From positions 1 through 39,165 of the forward strand of contig CAYZYX010000014.1 in assembly GCA_964482715.1 (NCBI GenBank): DNA of 39,165 nucleotides. Reading direction: 5' to 3'. Below are positions 1 through 9,132 of this stretch, one piece after another; position 1 is the first letter of the stretch; every line of letters begins with the position of its first letter. The position numbers were made by a program, and so were the translations under genes. The notes beneath the pieces were generated by a model. The model searched no databases. It saw nothing but the letters and a program-made list of their open reading frames with translations, and had not been told where the DNA came from. The DNA is from an uncultured Clostridia bacterium. GTDB lineage: Bacteria; Aerophobota; Aerophobia; Aerophobales; B3-G15.

Positions 1-261
1 GAGATGCAACAGATGAGAGGAGAGCTTCATGCTGAGATAGTTGGAGTTAGAGATGAACTGAAGAAAAATATGGACAATATGGGAAAGGAGCTTAGAGCAG
101 AGATGGCTGAGATAGAGAAAAGATCAATTGAAAGAGATAAAAGGATTATGGAAGAAGTTGTTCAAACCAGGGATCAACTTGCCGGGAAAATAGATAAAAT
201 TTCAGAAAAATTACTGGATCATGAAAAGAGAATAGCCACTCTTGAAAAAACAAACCCATAG
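1..261 (+). CDS. C-terminal part of a coiled-coil hypothetical protein (probably begins before the window)
   Basis: Frame is open from the window edge. Heptad-like helical repeats (ELHAEI/ELRAEM) end in HEKRIATLE. Confidence 0.6.
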   Translation, partial: EMQQMRGELHAEIVGVRDELKKNMDNMGKELRAEMAEIEKRSIERDKRIMEEVVQTRDQLAGKIDKISEKLLDHEKRIATLEKTNP

Positions 262-262
262 T

Positions 263-2227
263 TTAAATAACCAGCCTTTGCAGAGAGGATACAAAATCCT
301 CAACAAGCACACAAGAAGCCTTTTTTACTCCATTGTAAAATATTCTCACCTTTTCAATCTGGGTAACAAATTTCTTCTTTTGCTCCTGACATTTTAATAA
401 AAGATTGTTTTTTCGTCTCACCAGGTAAAGATGGGAATACATGTTCTGTTCCAGAAAGGCTGAAATACATGGGTCTTTTGTGGTAATTTTTTTTACCAGA
501 TGGTTTGACTCCTGGATTAGCCTTTGCATCTTCTGGTGATCTTTTTTCTTTTTTCCTGTCTCCTTGAGCAGTTTCTTTATGATCTCCTCTCCACGCTTTG
601 CACAGAAATTAATCTCCCTTAAATCTATAATGATTCTCTCCATTTCTTTTTTTAAACCATCAAGGTTCACCCTTACCTCACTTTTCAGTGCCTCCTTCAG
701 TTTCTCTTTTACCCCCAGATGTCTGGTACAGAATTTTTCAATAGCCTCCTCTAAACTCATAACCTCTGTTCCTTTTATTCTGACACCCCCCTCGGTGGCA
801 TCTATACATCTTGCTTTACAGGAGTCTATTAACTTTTCAAAGTAAATAAGGTAAGAGTACATGTTAGGATCTGTGGGAATTTCTCTTCCGTGGATGTCCT
901 TAACCATTATTAGATCTTTAATAATCCACTTTCCATCTGGTTTTTTTATCAGAAGATACTTTTTGTTATTTTCCTCATCCACACCTATTACCACCTTCTT
1001 TCTGACAGTCGCTCCCTCTGCGTGGGTAAAGCCATCCGGATAAGATAAATCCAGTCCCATAAAGATAATGGGATTTCCTCCCACCTCTTGGGCAAGAGAA
1101 AAAGCAGTATGCGCCACACTTGAGCCTTTTTCCAAAAAACCTTTCTCCTCTGTAAACCGGGTTAGCCAGTGTAGCAGGGGTTTGTTAACATTCACGATAA
1201 ACTTGCCGCCCTGAAAATCAGAAAGAACAGCGGGATAAACCTCAGGATCTGCAACAAGGAAAAGGTCCCGGGTATCCTGCATCGTTTCCCCAAAAAGATT
1301 ACGCACCCCCCTTCCGTAGTCAATACTTACAACTATGTCAGGTTTTATACCGTGGTGAAGCATCGTTTTCAGGGCAGCATCAACACAGATAATTAAAGCT
1401 TTGTTTTTTACCTTTTTCAAAAGATGGATGTTTTTCTTAAGAGATGGACCGGCCGCCACACAGATTACCGGATTATTTTTGAATTTACCAAAAAGATTTT
1501 TAATACCCGGGTTTTTTATGATCTCCGGAATATTGGTTAGTATGTTTTGCTGAAAAATATGTCCTTTTACTATATTTGTGGTTAAGTTTGCTCGAGACCA
1601 GAGAATGGCTTCGTTGATAGAATTTTTAAATTCAACAAACTTCCCATCCAGAAGGTTGCAGGATGCAGGATGAAGGACAATACGGATCTTTCCTGTAAGC
1701 AAAATCTCCCCCAGCTGAATTATCTCCTTTTTTACTTTCACAGGTTCGGTCTCCAGAATCAATCTTATCCTGGGGGAAGATAGCATCCATGAAAAATCTG
1801 CAAGATGCAAGGCAAGTTTGAAAAAAGAGGGATTGGGTTCCACCACCAGTATCAATTTAACCTGAGGGTAGCCTGTCAGAATTTCTCTTACATGATAGCC
1901 CAGACCAAATCCAAGAATAACAACAAAATCGGCATCTTTTAAATCATAGCCCATTATGAGATTTTTTGCCTCTCTCAGGGGATCGTAGGTACTGTGAAGA
2001 AGCAAAGATTTATTACCAGATTTTTTTACCTTTAACGAGGGTAGACCCGTTCTGGCTGTGATGACCTCCACATTTGAGGGAAGATCAGCTTTTTCTATTT
2101 TTGTCAGAACATCTATCCAGTTTTGCCCCTCCAGAAGGGCGAGATTTTTAAGGTAAACTCGATCATCAATATCCTCAAAATGATTTACTCTTGTCTTTGC
2201 CATTTCTCTCATCAATTCATCTGGCAT
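263..2227 (-). CDS. maf: Motility-associated factor (Maf/DUF115) flagellin glycosyltransferase family protein
   Basis: 654 aa with LLHSTYDP, GFGLGYH, AAGPSL, KPDIVVSID, GSSVAH, GLDLSY and DATEGG motifs; lies downstream of fliC-fliD-fliS. Confidence 0.88.
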   Translation of the reverse strand: MPDELMREMAKTRVNHFEDIDDRVYLKNLALLEGQNWIDVLTKIEKADLPSNVEVITARTGLPSLKVKKSGNKSLLLHSTYDPLREAKNLIMGYDLKDADFVVILGFGLGYHVREILTGYPQVKLILVVEPNPSFFKLALHLADFSWMLSSPRIRLILETEPVKVKKEIIQLGEILLTGKIRIVLHPASCNLLDGKFVEFKNSINEAILWSRANLTTNIVKGHIFQQNILTNIPEIIKNPGIKNLFGKFKNNPVICVAAGPSLKKNIHLLKKVKNKALIICVDAALKTMLHHGIKPDIVVSIDYGRGVRNLFGETMQDTRDLFLVADPEVYPAVLSDFQGGKFIVNVNKPLLHWLTRFTEEKGFLEKGSSVAHTAFSLAQEVGGNPIIFMGLDLSYPDGFTHAEGATVRKKVVIGVDEENNKKYLLIKKPDGKWIIKDLIMVKDIHGREIPTDPNMYSYLIYFEKLIDSCKARCIDATEGGVRIKGTEVMSLEEAIEKFCTRHLGVKEKLKEALKSEVRVNLDGLKKEMERIIIDLREINFCAKRGEEIIKKLLKETGKKKKDHQKMQRLIQESNHLVKKITTKDPCISAFLEQNMYSHLYLVRRKNNLLLKCQEQKKKFVTQIEKVRIFYNGVKKASCVLVEDFVSSLQRLVI

Positions 2228-2835
2228 TTAAGCACATTTATTATTTCTTGCACCAGTTTCCTCTCATCCTTTATGCGAGGAGCAAGTTCAAACTCCAGAA
2301 TATCTGCCAGAGCCAGAAGATCGTTTTCCTGAATGGCTCTTTTTGCCTCTTCAAGATACTCCAGAAGTTCTTTCATCTTGCAGGAGGCTTTTTCTTCATT
2401 TAAAAAAATCCTGGTATAGTCAAGCCCGAAGACATTCCCTATTTTTCTTAAGGTTTCGTTGATCTCATCCCATAAACCAATGTATCTTTCCAGTAAAGAC
2501 AGGGCTTTTTTGTAATTTCCCTGCTGAATAAAAAAACCCACCTTTTCCATCTTGCTTGATATTTCAGGAAGATAAACTTTCATTTCCTCTAAGGAATCAA
2601 TTGCCCATTGCCATGGATTGGCTGTAAATACTTCCAGTACCTCAAATTCGTTCACTTTACGGTTATAAATAATCTTCTTTTGCTCCTCCCCCAGAGTTTT
2701 TCCTTCCAGTTTAACTTTAACTATAACCTTCCTGTTATTCTTTATCCACTCTTCCAGCTGGACGAGAAATTCTCCCAGTGTTTCGTTCTCTTCAGGAAAT
2801 ACCAGATTTTCAAATCCATCAATTATAACCTTCAT
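2212..2835 (-). CDS. Hypothetical protein between fliS and maf
   Basis: 207-aa ORF with a GGAGG RBS, overlapping both neighbours; helical C-terminus with LADILEFEL. Confidence 0.8.
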   Translation of the reverse strand: MKVIIDGFENLVFPEENETLGEFLVQLEEWIKNNRKVIVKVKLEGKTLGEEQKKIIYNRKVNEFEVLEVFTANPWQWAIDSLEEMKVYLPEISSKMEKVGFFIQQGNYKKALSLLERYIGLWDEINETLRKIGNVFGLDYTRIFLNEEKASCKMKELLEYLEEAKRAIQENDLLALADILEFELAPRIKDERKLVQEIINVLKCQMN

Positions 2836-3208
2836 TTACCTCCTCCATTGCTCTAATCCAGGCTTCTCTCAGAGGTTTAATTAAACTGATGACCTCTTCC
2901 ACCATTTGAATGTTTTTCTCAAGGTTGGCCTGAACCAGTCGGTAATGCATATATTCGTAAATCCTGTACAGATTAACCGCTATCTCCCCAGCCTTAAGAT
3001 TAAGAGAGCACATCAGTTCTCTTATTATTCCCTGTGATTTTACGAGAAGGTTATGACTTTTCTCTATGTCTTTTATTGAGATTTCCTCTTTTGCTTGGTT
3101 TAGACATTTGATTAACTCATCATACAGAATGAGGATTAATTTAGCGGGTGAGCTTGTCAGTATTTCCATTTCCCGGTATTTTTTCAAAGCATGAGGCTGT
3201 CTTTGCAT
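2819..3208 (-). CDS. fliS: Flagellar export chaperone FliS
   Basis: TSSPAKLILILYD, ELMCSLN and NLYRIYEYM motifs. Start placed at ATG 3208 behind GGAGG (the ORF track starts at 3226). Confidence 0.95.
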   Translation of the reverse strand: MQRQPHALKKYREMEILTSSPAKLILILYDELIKCLNQAKEEISIKDIEKSHNLLVKSQGIIRELMCSLNLKAGEIAVNLYRIYEYMHYRLVQANLEKNIQMVEEVISLIKPLREAWIRAMEEVNEGYN

Positions 3209-3233
3209 ATTCTGCCTCCATAACATTTACCTT

Positions 3234-6200
3234 TTACCCGTTGCTCCTTAAATTATAAAAGGCATACACTTGCTGCGTAAGCCAGGTACTTTGAGCCTGC
3301 ATCACACTTAAATACTGCTCCATATAGGTAAACTGTCTCCATAAAGATTCCTCTTTCATCTGAAGCAGTTTTTCCTGAGTCTCAATTCTTTCCTCATAAT
3401 CTTCATTTTGAGCCTGCAGACTGTCCTCTATGGTGGCAATTAAACCGGTTGTGCTGTCGGTGACGTAGCTTAAGTAGTCTTTTAGTTTCCCGGCAATCCC
3501 TGTATACTGGTAAGCCTCAAATTCAATCACCCTTGACCATTCTCCATCATTACTGTCATTTATCTTTAACCTTATTGCCTGAGTGGAAACGGAAAAAAGA
3601 TAATGGGTCATGACTCCCTGAGTATTACTGGTTACGGTTGTATAAGTTATCCAGTCATCATCACTGTTGGGATCTCCATTGGGAGCTAAATACTGGAGCT
3701 CGTAATCTTTTATCCCGTAGGTAGAGGCAGGATAGGTATCGGAATCAAGGGTGTAAATCATCACTTTATTTAAAGTCCTGATTTGATCAAAAGTAAGGGT
3801 AAGATAATCGGGAAACTCGGATTGAGTCCCATCTTTCCAGCCACCACCAGAAGTTCCCCAGTTATCCGACGTGGTCTCCCCATTGTTAACACTTTCAACC
3901 GGGAAATTTCCACTTGAATGGGTTGAAGAAGCACTGGCAGTTGTCCCGAAAGAAGACAGAGCTACATTTCGGTTTGCCGAAAAAAGCTCTTTTACTCCCT
4001 CCAGATCAGTAGTCAAAATCTGATTTAAGGTTGTCTCATTAACGTTTAAGTGCCCCGTGAGATCCGGGGTAATCCCGAGTTCAAATATTGAAGTTATGGA
4101 GGAAGAGCCCTCCACAGGGTTAGTTATAATTTGGACAATCTGGTTACGAATGTTGGTGAGAGTTATCTTGCCAAAAAGTGGCCCTCCTTCCTGATTGGTA
4201 TCGGCATCGTAGCTTTGCTGCTGATTTATATCGTCTATCAGGTTATTGTAGGCATCTATAAGATTGGAAATAGCTTGTCTGATACCCTCTATGTCAGCCT
4301 CCACACTGACATTCACCGTTGTATCAGGATCGGCGGAAATAAGACTTAAGGTAACCCCGGGAATAGCCTGATCAATCTGGTTGGAAGTATCGGTGATTAA
4401 AACCTCACTGCCTTCTTCTCCTATCACAATTGCCGCATTCTGGGGTAAAACGGTGGTGGTAAGTTCAAGACTTTTTCCTGTGGAAAGTGCGGGGTCTATC
4501 ACCATCCTTCCTGCCTTACCCATCCTGCTACTTGTGATAACCAGATGATAGGGATTTATACCGGAGCCATCATTAATTATGGACGCATAAACGCCGGCAT
4601 CTGCATCATTGATGGCATTCATTATTCCCTGCAAAGTCGTGTTCTCTGAGGTAATAGTTACGGAGACCTCAAAACTTCCATCAATGGTGCTACTATCTGT
4701 ACTCTGCAGAATATTAAGGTCTCTGGCAGTTGTTCCTCCTGCCTCCTCCACCTTGAGAGGAGATGCAGTCTGCCCTGTGTTGTCAGTTATTAATATCCCG
4801 TTACCACTGGAATTTATACTTGCCGTAACATCAATTCCTGAAGCGGAGTTGATAGCATCAAGAACATCCCCTATGGTTTCAGCACTGGATAAATCCACCT
4901 CTGCGCTCTGTCCTGAACGATCAGTAATTAGAATTTTATTTCTATCTACTCCCTGGCCACCATTTAGATCATCAAGCCTGGTGCAACGGGCAATGTATTG
5001 AGGATTTAAATCGTCTCCTTCAATTGTATCCGCATCCACACTCTTAAGGATTCCCAGATCTGAAGCAGCAGAACTTCCATTAAGAGCAGTAACAGAAAAA
5101 TTTCCTGTTCCTCCTGAACTATCGGTCAGAAGAATACCGTTGCCCTCCCTATCATAGGATGCAGTAACAGCTGTATTTCCAGTGGCACTGTTTATAAGGT
5201 TGATAACCTCTTGAAGGGTCTCAGCACCACTTATATCCACATTAAAGCTGTTACCATCTCTTTGAGTTATCTGAAAATCATCTCCTGTTACACTACTAAC
5301 ACCGTTTCCTCCATTTAAGGTTTTTAAAAGGATGGTGTTTAGACCTGGAATAATACGGTCCCCCACCCTGTCTCCGGCAACACCCGTTGTGTAAATTCCA
5401 AGATCATGGGCAGTGGTTCCTCCATCTACCTCATCAACGATTAAATCCTGAGTAGGTGAAGCATTAAGATCGTGAATTGTGATACCGTTACCATTGGAAT
5501 TAATCTGAACTTCAACGTTTATATTTGGTGCAGCCTCTATCAGATCTTTCACATCCTGCAGGGTGGTGGCTGAAGAAAGATCAATAACGTCCACATTGCC
5601 GACACGGTCGGTGATCTGAATGGATCCCTTGTAAACACCTGTCCCATCGTTTAAAAGGTCAAGCGGCGTTTCCCAGCTAATGTTATTTATATCCTCTCCA
5701 TGAATTACACTTGAGTCAACTCCATCAGGACCTGTGTAAATTCCAAGATCATGAGCGGTGGTTCCTCCATCTACCTCATCAACAATAAAATTACCACTCC
5801 CTCCTGATGTATCGGTGAGCTTTATAGCATCTCCCACATTATAACCTGCATCGTAATCTATTTCTGCGGTTACCTGAATGTCTGAATTTTCATTGATAGC
5901 ATCAATAACATCCTGGATAGTTAATGCACCGGTAAGGTCAATAGTGGCCGAATTTCCACTGCGGTCAACGATTCTTATGGCACCTCGCCCGATTCCCTGC
6001 TGTTCATTAAGCCATTCCAAACTGGTTTTTTTGTCAACCCACCCATTTCCAAGCTCTATGGTTATAATGTCATCTGCCGAGGCTACTACTTCATCTGTTG
6101 ATTGAAATCCCCGTGAGGTGAGCTGATGGGTCTGAGAAAGCTGATACACTTTTACCGGGTAAAGACCCACCTGGGGAGTTCCATTTATAGTGGCTGTAAT

Positions 6201-6452
6201 AATATTCTCATTGCTTGATGTTACACTTCTTGCCTGAAAAGTCACCGGCTGGGACAGGACAGTAGCATAGTTTTGCAGGGTTAGAAGCCTTGCCGTTATT
6301 GAACCCCAGGCGGTAAGTTCTGTATTGTTTTCTTCAATTTTTTGCTGGAGTGAATTTATATAGGCACGATCACGCATAAGAAGAGCCTGGATAACCTGGT
6401 CCCAGTTTATACTGGAAAAAAGACCTGTTACGTACTGTGTTGGCTCGGCCAT
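3234..6452 (-). CDS. fliD: Flagellar filament cap protein FliD, unusually long (internal repeats plus a discoidin-like insert)
   Basis: FliD N-terminus (VTGLFSSINWDQVIQALL), IPGVTLSL, YNNL and C-terminal LWRQFTYMEQYLSVMQAQS; located between fliC and fliS. Confidence 0.92.
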   Translation of the reverse strand: MAEPTQYVTGLFSSINWDQVIQALLMRDRAYINSLQQKIEENNTELTAWGSITARLLTLQNYATVLSQPVTFQARSVTSSNENIITATINGTPQVGLYPVKVYQLSQTHQLTSRGFQSTDEVVASADDIITIELGNGWVDKKTSLEWLNEQQGIGRGAIRIVDRSGNSATIDLTGALTIQDVIDAINENSDIQVTAEIDYDAGYNVGDAIKLTDTSGGSGNFIVDEVDGGTTAHDLGIYTGPDGVDSSVIHGEDINNISWETPLDLLNDGTGVYKGSIQITDRVGNVDVIDLSSATTLQDVKDLIEAAPNINVEVQINSNGNGITIHDLNASPTQDLIVDEVDGGTTAHDLGIYTTGVAGDRVGDRIIPGLNTILLKTLNGGNGVSSVTGDDFQITQRDGNSFNVDISGAETLQEVINLINSATGNTAVTASYDREGNGILLTDSSGGTGNFSVTALNGSSAASDLGILKSVDADTIEGDDLNPQYIARCTRLDDLNGGQGVDRNKILITDRSGQSAEVDLSSAETIGDVLDAINSASGIDVTASINSSGNGILITDNTGQTASPLKVEEAGGTTARDLNILQSTDSSTIDGSFEVSVTITSENTTLQGIMNAINDADAGVYASIINDGSGINPYHLVITSSRMGKAGRMVIDPALSTGKSLELTTTVLPQNAAIVIGEEGSEVLITDTSNQIDQAIPGVTLSLISADPDTTVNVSVEADIEGIRQAISNLIDAYNNLIDDINQQQSYDADTNQEGGPLFGKITLTNIRNQIVQIITNPVEGSSSITSIFELGITPDLTGHLNVNETTLNQILTTDLEGVKELFSANRNVALSSFGTTASASSTHSSGNFPVESVNNGETTSDNWGTSGGGWKDGTQSEFPDYLTLTFDQIRTLNKVMIYTLDSDTYPASTYGIKDYELQYLAPNGDPNSDDDWITYTTVTSNTQGVMTHYLFSVSTQAIRLKINDSNDGEWSRVIEFEAYQYTGIAGKLKDYLSYVTDSTTGLIATIEDSLQAQNEDYEERIETQEKLLQMKEESLWRQFTYMEQYLSVMQAQSTWLTQQVYAFYNLRSNG
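5388..5783. repeat. 51-bp near-identical direct repeat inside fliD (5388-5438 and 5733-5783)
   Basis: TGTGTAAATTCCAAGATCATG(G/A)GC(A/G)GTGGTTCCTCCATCTACCTCATCAAC, 2 mismatches; both copies encode VDEVDGGTTAHDLGIYT. Confidence 0.9.
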
Positions 6453-6466
6453 TTTTTACTTGTATT

Positions 6467-6500
6467 AAAAAAGCCAGCTGGCTTTTTGCCAGCTGGCTTT
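6467..6500 (-). terminator. Intrinsic terminator/attenuator between fliC and fliD
   Basis: Minus strand reads AAAGCCAGCTGGC-AAAAA-GCCAGCTGGCTTTTTT: a perfect stem plus a U tract. Confidence 0.85.
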
Positions 6501-6509
6501 ACCTTATCC

Positions 6510-8087
6510 TTATCTGAGCAATGTGAGGACCATCTGAGGCAAGGTGTTTGCCTGGGCCAGCATGGCTGTTGCAGCCTGAGTTAGAACCTGGTTCTTGGTA
6601 AATTCCACCATCTCCTGAGCCATATCCACGTCTCTTATTCGGCTCTCAGAAGCCTGCAGGTTTTCTTTGGTAACAGTTAAGCTGCGGTAGTTACTCTCAA
6701 GAACCTGAGCCTGGATAGCTCCCAGTTTCGCCCTCAGAGTGGAAACGTCAGAAATAGCCTCGTCAATAACACTTACGGCAGCTTGCGGGTTATTGGCCAA
6801 AGAGTAATCTCCACCAGTCTTAAGGGCAAGAAGACCTCTCTGGCTGGCACCATTAGTTGTTGTATAGTCTGCTCCCAATTCTGAAGCCTGCATATTATCA
6901 ATGGTAAAGGAATATATCTCTCCTTCTTCAGCTCCAATTTGAAACTGAGCTGTGCTCCCGTAGAGCCTGACCACATCAACATAGTCCTCACCCGATGTAT
7001 TGGAACTGGAATTTATGGTGATAGTCAAGCCATCAAGAACCGTATCATCTGCTCCCACCAGAGAGAGTCCATCACCCGTAGCATTAACATGGGTGTAGGT
7101 TGTTCCGCTGGTGTCAATCCTCTTGTACTCAAAATAACCGGATATATTGTTTCCTCTGGCGTGATGGGTGTAAGTAGATGTGGTGGCACTGACTATCACT
7201 CCTCCTGAATCGTAGAGGTCTATCAGGTAGTCATCTCCATAACCACCGGTGTGGACAAGAACTATATATCCACCCTTATCAAAATCGCTATCCTTCAACT
7301 CATCAAATTTACCACCACTTAGCTGTCCCGCACTCATGATATAGTATGCATGGACATCACTACCTGCAGAGTTAAGAGCTGAGTTTATGGCATTTATTGC
7401 CGCTGATGCAGTCATCCCACCGCTTATAGTTACGCCGATCCCGTTGATGTTCAAAGTAGTAGTGGTTCCTGAGGCAAATCCACCATTAGCATCACTGATT
7501 TTTTGTCCAGCTGCAGAAAAATGTATTCCCGTACTTAATCCCAGATTAGCCTTGGTAGCAGCACTTTTTATATGAACCTTGACATAACTTATTCCCGGTG
7601 CGCTTGCCTGTCCAACATCGGCATCAACCACCACATTAGAATTCTTTATCTCCACGCTTTTTCCTATACTCCCATCCAGAAGCTTTTTCCCAGCATAAGC
7701 GGTATTCTGGGCAATTCTGTTAATAGATTCAATTGCAGAGTCCATTTGCTGCTGATCGGCAGCTATGGCGTCTGCTGTGACAGCGGCGGTATTGGCAGCG
7801 TGAAGAGCGAGAGCACGCATTGAATCAAGCAGGCTGTGAATTTCAGTTAAAGCTCCTTCGGCGGTCTGGATCATGGAAATTCCATCCTGGGTGTTTTTCA
7901 GAGCCTGTTCTTGTCCAACTATCTGGGCTCTCATGGTTTCTGACAGAACAAGACCTGCCGGGTCATCGGCAGCTCGATTGATACGGTAACCACTTGAGAT
8001 TCTTTCTACACTTTTTCCCAGTTGACCACTTATCTGGTTAAGCTGTCTCCAGGCATTTAAAGCTGTAATGTTGTGGGCAACTCTCAT
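6510..8087 (-). CDS. fliC: Flagellin
   Basis: MRVAHNITAL, SSGYRINRAADDPAGL and ESRIRDVDMAQEMVEFTKNQVLTQAATAMLAQAN; strong GGAGG RBS. Confidence 0.98.
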   Translation of the reverse strand: MRVAHNITALNAWRQLNQISGQLGKSVERISSGYRINRAADDPAGLVLSETMRAQIVGQEQALKNTQDGISMIQTAEGALTEIHSLLDSMRALALHAANTAAVTADAIAADQQQMDSAIESINRIAQNTAYAGKKLLDGSIGKSVEIKNSNVVVDADVGQASAPGISYVKVHIKSAATKANLGLSTGIHFSAAGQKISDANGGFASGTTTTLNINGIGVTISGGMTASAAINAINSALNSAGSDVHAYYIMSAGQLSGGKFDELKDSDFDKGGYIVLVHTGGYGDDYLIDLYDSGGVIVSATTSTYTHHARGNNISGYFEYKRIDTSGTTYTHVNATGDGLSLVGADDTVLDGLTITINSSSNTSGEDYVDVVRLYGSTAQFQIGAEEGEIYSFTIDNMQASELGADYTTTNGASQRGLLALKTGGDYSLANNPQAAVSVIDEAISDVSTLRAKLGAIQAQVLESNYRSLTVTKENLQASESRIRDVDMAQEMVEFTKNQVLTQAATAMLAQANTLPQMVLTLLR

Positions 8088-8180
8088 ATTTTTACCTCCC
8101 TCCTTTCCCTTTTATAATTTTTTTGTGGCAGACCGAAGTCCACCATTTTTTTCCTCACCTCCCGATTTTTTCTTGCTATA

Positions 8181-8208
8181 TTATCGGCAGATGAGGAGAA
8201 AAACTTTA
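8181..8208 (-). promoter_or_regulatory. Sigma28 (FliA/SigD) promoter of fliC
   Basis: Minus strand TAAA-N16-GCCGATAA, matching the sigma28 consensus, about 95 nt upstream of the fliC ATG. Confidence 0.92.
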
Positions 8209-8223
8209 ACGGGAGGAGGGAAA

Positions 8224-9099
8224 CTACCGCCATAGATCAATTAAAGTGTACTGCATTATTGACCTTCCGGCATAAAGAGCTGCTTCATAGGCAGCTCCTG
8301 CATGCTGAAGTTCAATAGCCAGTTTTACCATGTCAGCATCTTCAGTAGTGGAAAGGAGCTTGGTCAGACCAACCATCTGCTCATTGAGACGGGATTTAAA
8401 AATCTCCACTCTCTTTGCTCTCCCTCCAAATTCTCCCTCCCAGCGATGTATTTGACTCAGGCATCGATCAAGTCTTCCAATCTGCGAAGATATACCCTCT
8501 GTATCATTGTTACTTAAGGCAGCTTCAAGTTCCGATAAAACTGAAAACACATCTTCCTCCCCCTGAAAGACCTGGTGGCCGGGGGCATTGACCGTTATAA
8601 GCTGTCTATCCTCAATTTGAATTTGAATTTCCCCGTTATCTCCCTGATAAGTTCCATCCGCGGTAAAGGGCTGGGTCATGGTTTTTGTTCCCGAGAAGAT
8701 GTACTTACCTCCAAAAGAGCTATTGGCCAGGTGGAGAAGTTGCTCCCTCAAATTTTGTACCTCCTGAGCTGAAGCTCTGCGAGAATCCGGGGTAGCTGTG
8801 GCATTGGTTTCCCGCAGGGCAATGACACGTGCCGAATTTAATATCTGAGAGACCTGGGTTAAGGTGTTGGTGGCAAGGTCTATCCAGGTGGTAGCAGTTT
8901 CTGCATTGCGCAAATACTGGTCAATTTCCTGAAGTTCCTTTTTAAAATTGAATATGGAGGATATACGAAGTGGATCATCAGAGGGTTTGTTTACCCTCTT
9001 TCCGGTGGAAATCATCTTTTGAATCTCCCCCAGACGGGATTTACTATCGTTTATGCTGTTAATGACACTTCTTGAAAGCATGGCATCAGTGATGCGCAT
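8224..9099 (-). CDS. flgL: Hook-filament junction protein FlgL (HAP3)
   Basis: MRITD, STGKRVNKPSDDP, GKYIFSG and DADM...AYEAAL motifs; follows flgK. Alternative GTG start at 9108. Confidence 0.95.
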   Translation of the reverse strand: MRITDAMLSRSVINSINDSKSRLGEIQKMISTGKRVNKPSDDPLRISSIFNFKKELQEIDQYLRNAETATTWIDLATNTLTQVSQILNSARVIALRETNATATPDSRRASAQEVQNLREQLLHLANSSFGGKYIFSGTKTMTQPFTADGTYQGDNGEIQIQIEDRQLITVNAPGHQVFQGEEDVFSVLSELEAALSNNDTEGISSQIGRLDRCLSQIHRWEGEFGGRAKRVEIFKSRLNEQMVGLTKLLSTTEDADMVKLAIELQHAGAAYEAALYAGRSIMQYTLIDLWR

Positions 9100-9132
9100 C
9101 TTTCTCACCTTATTTAATTATTTTATTTATCG

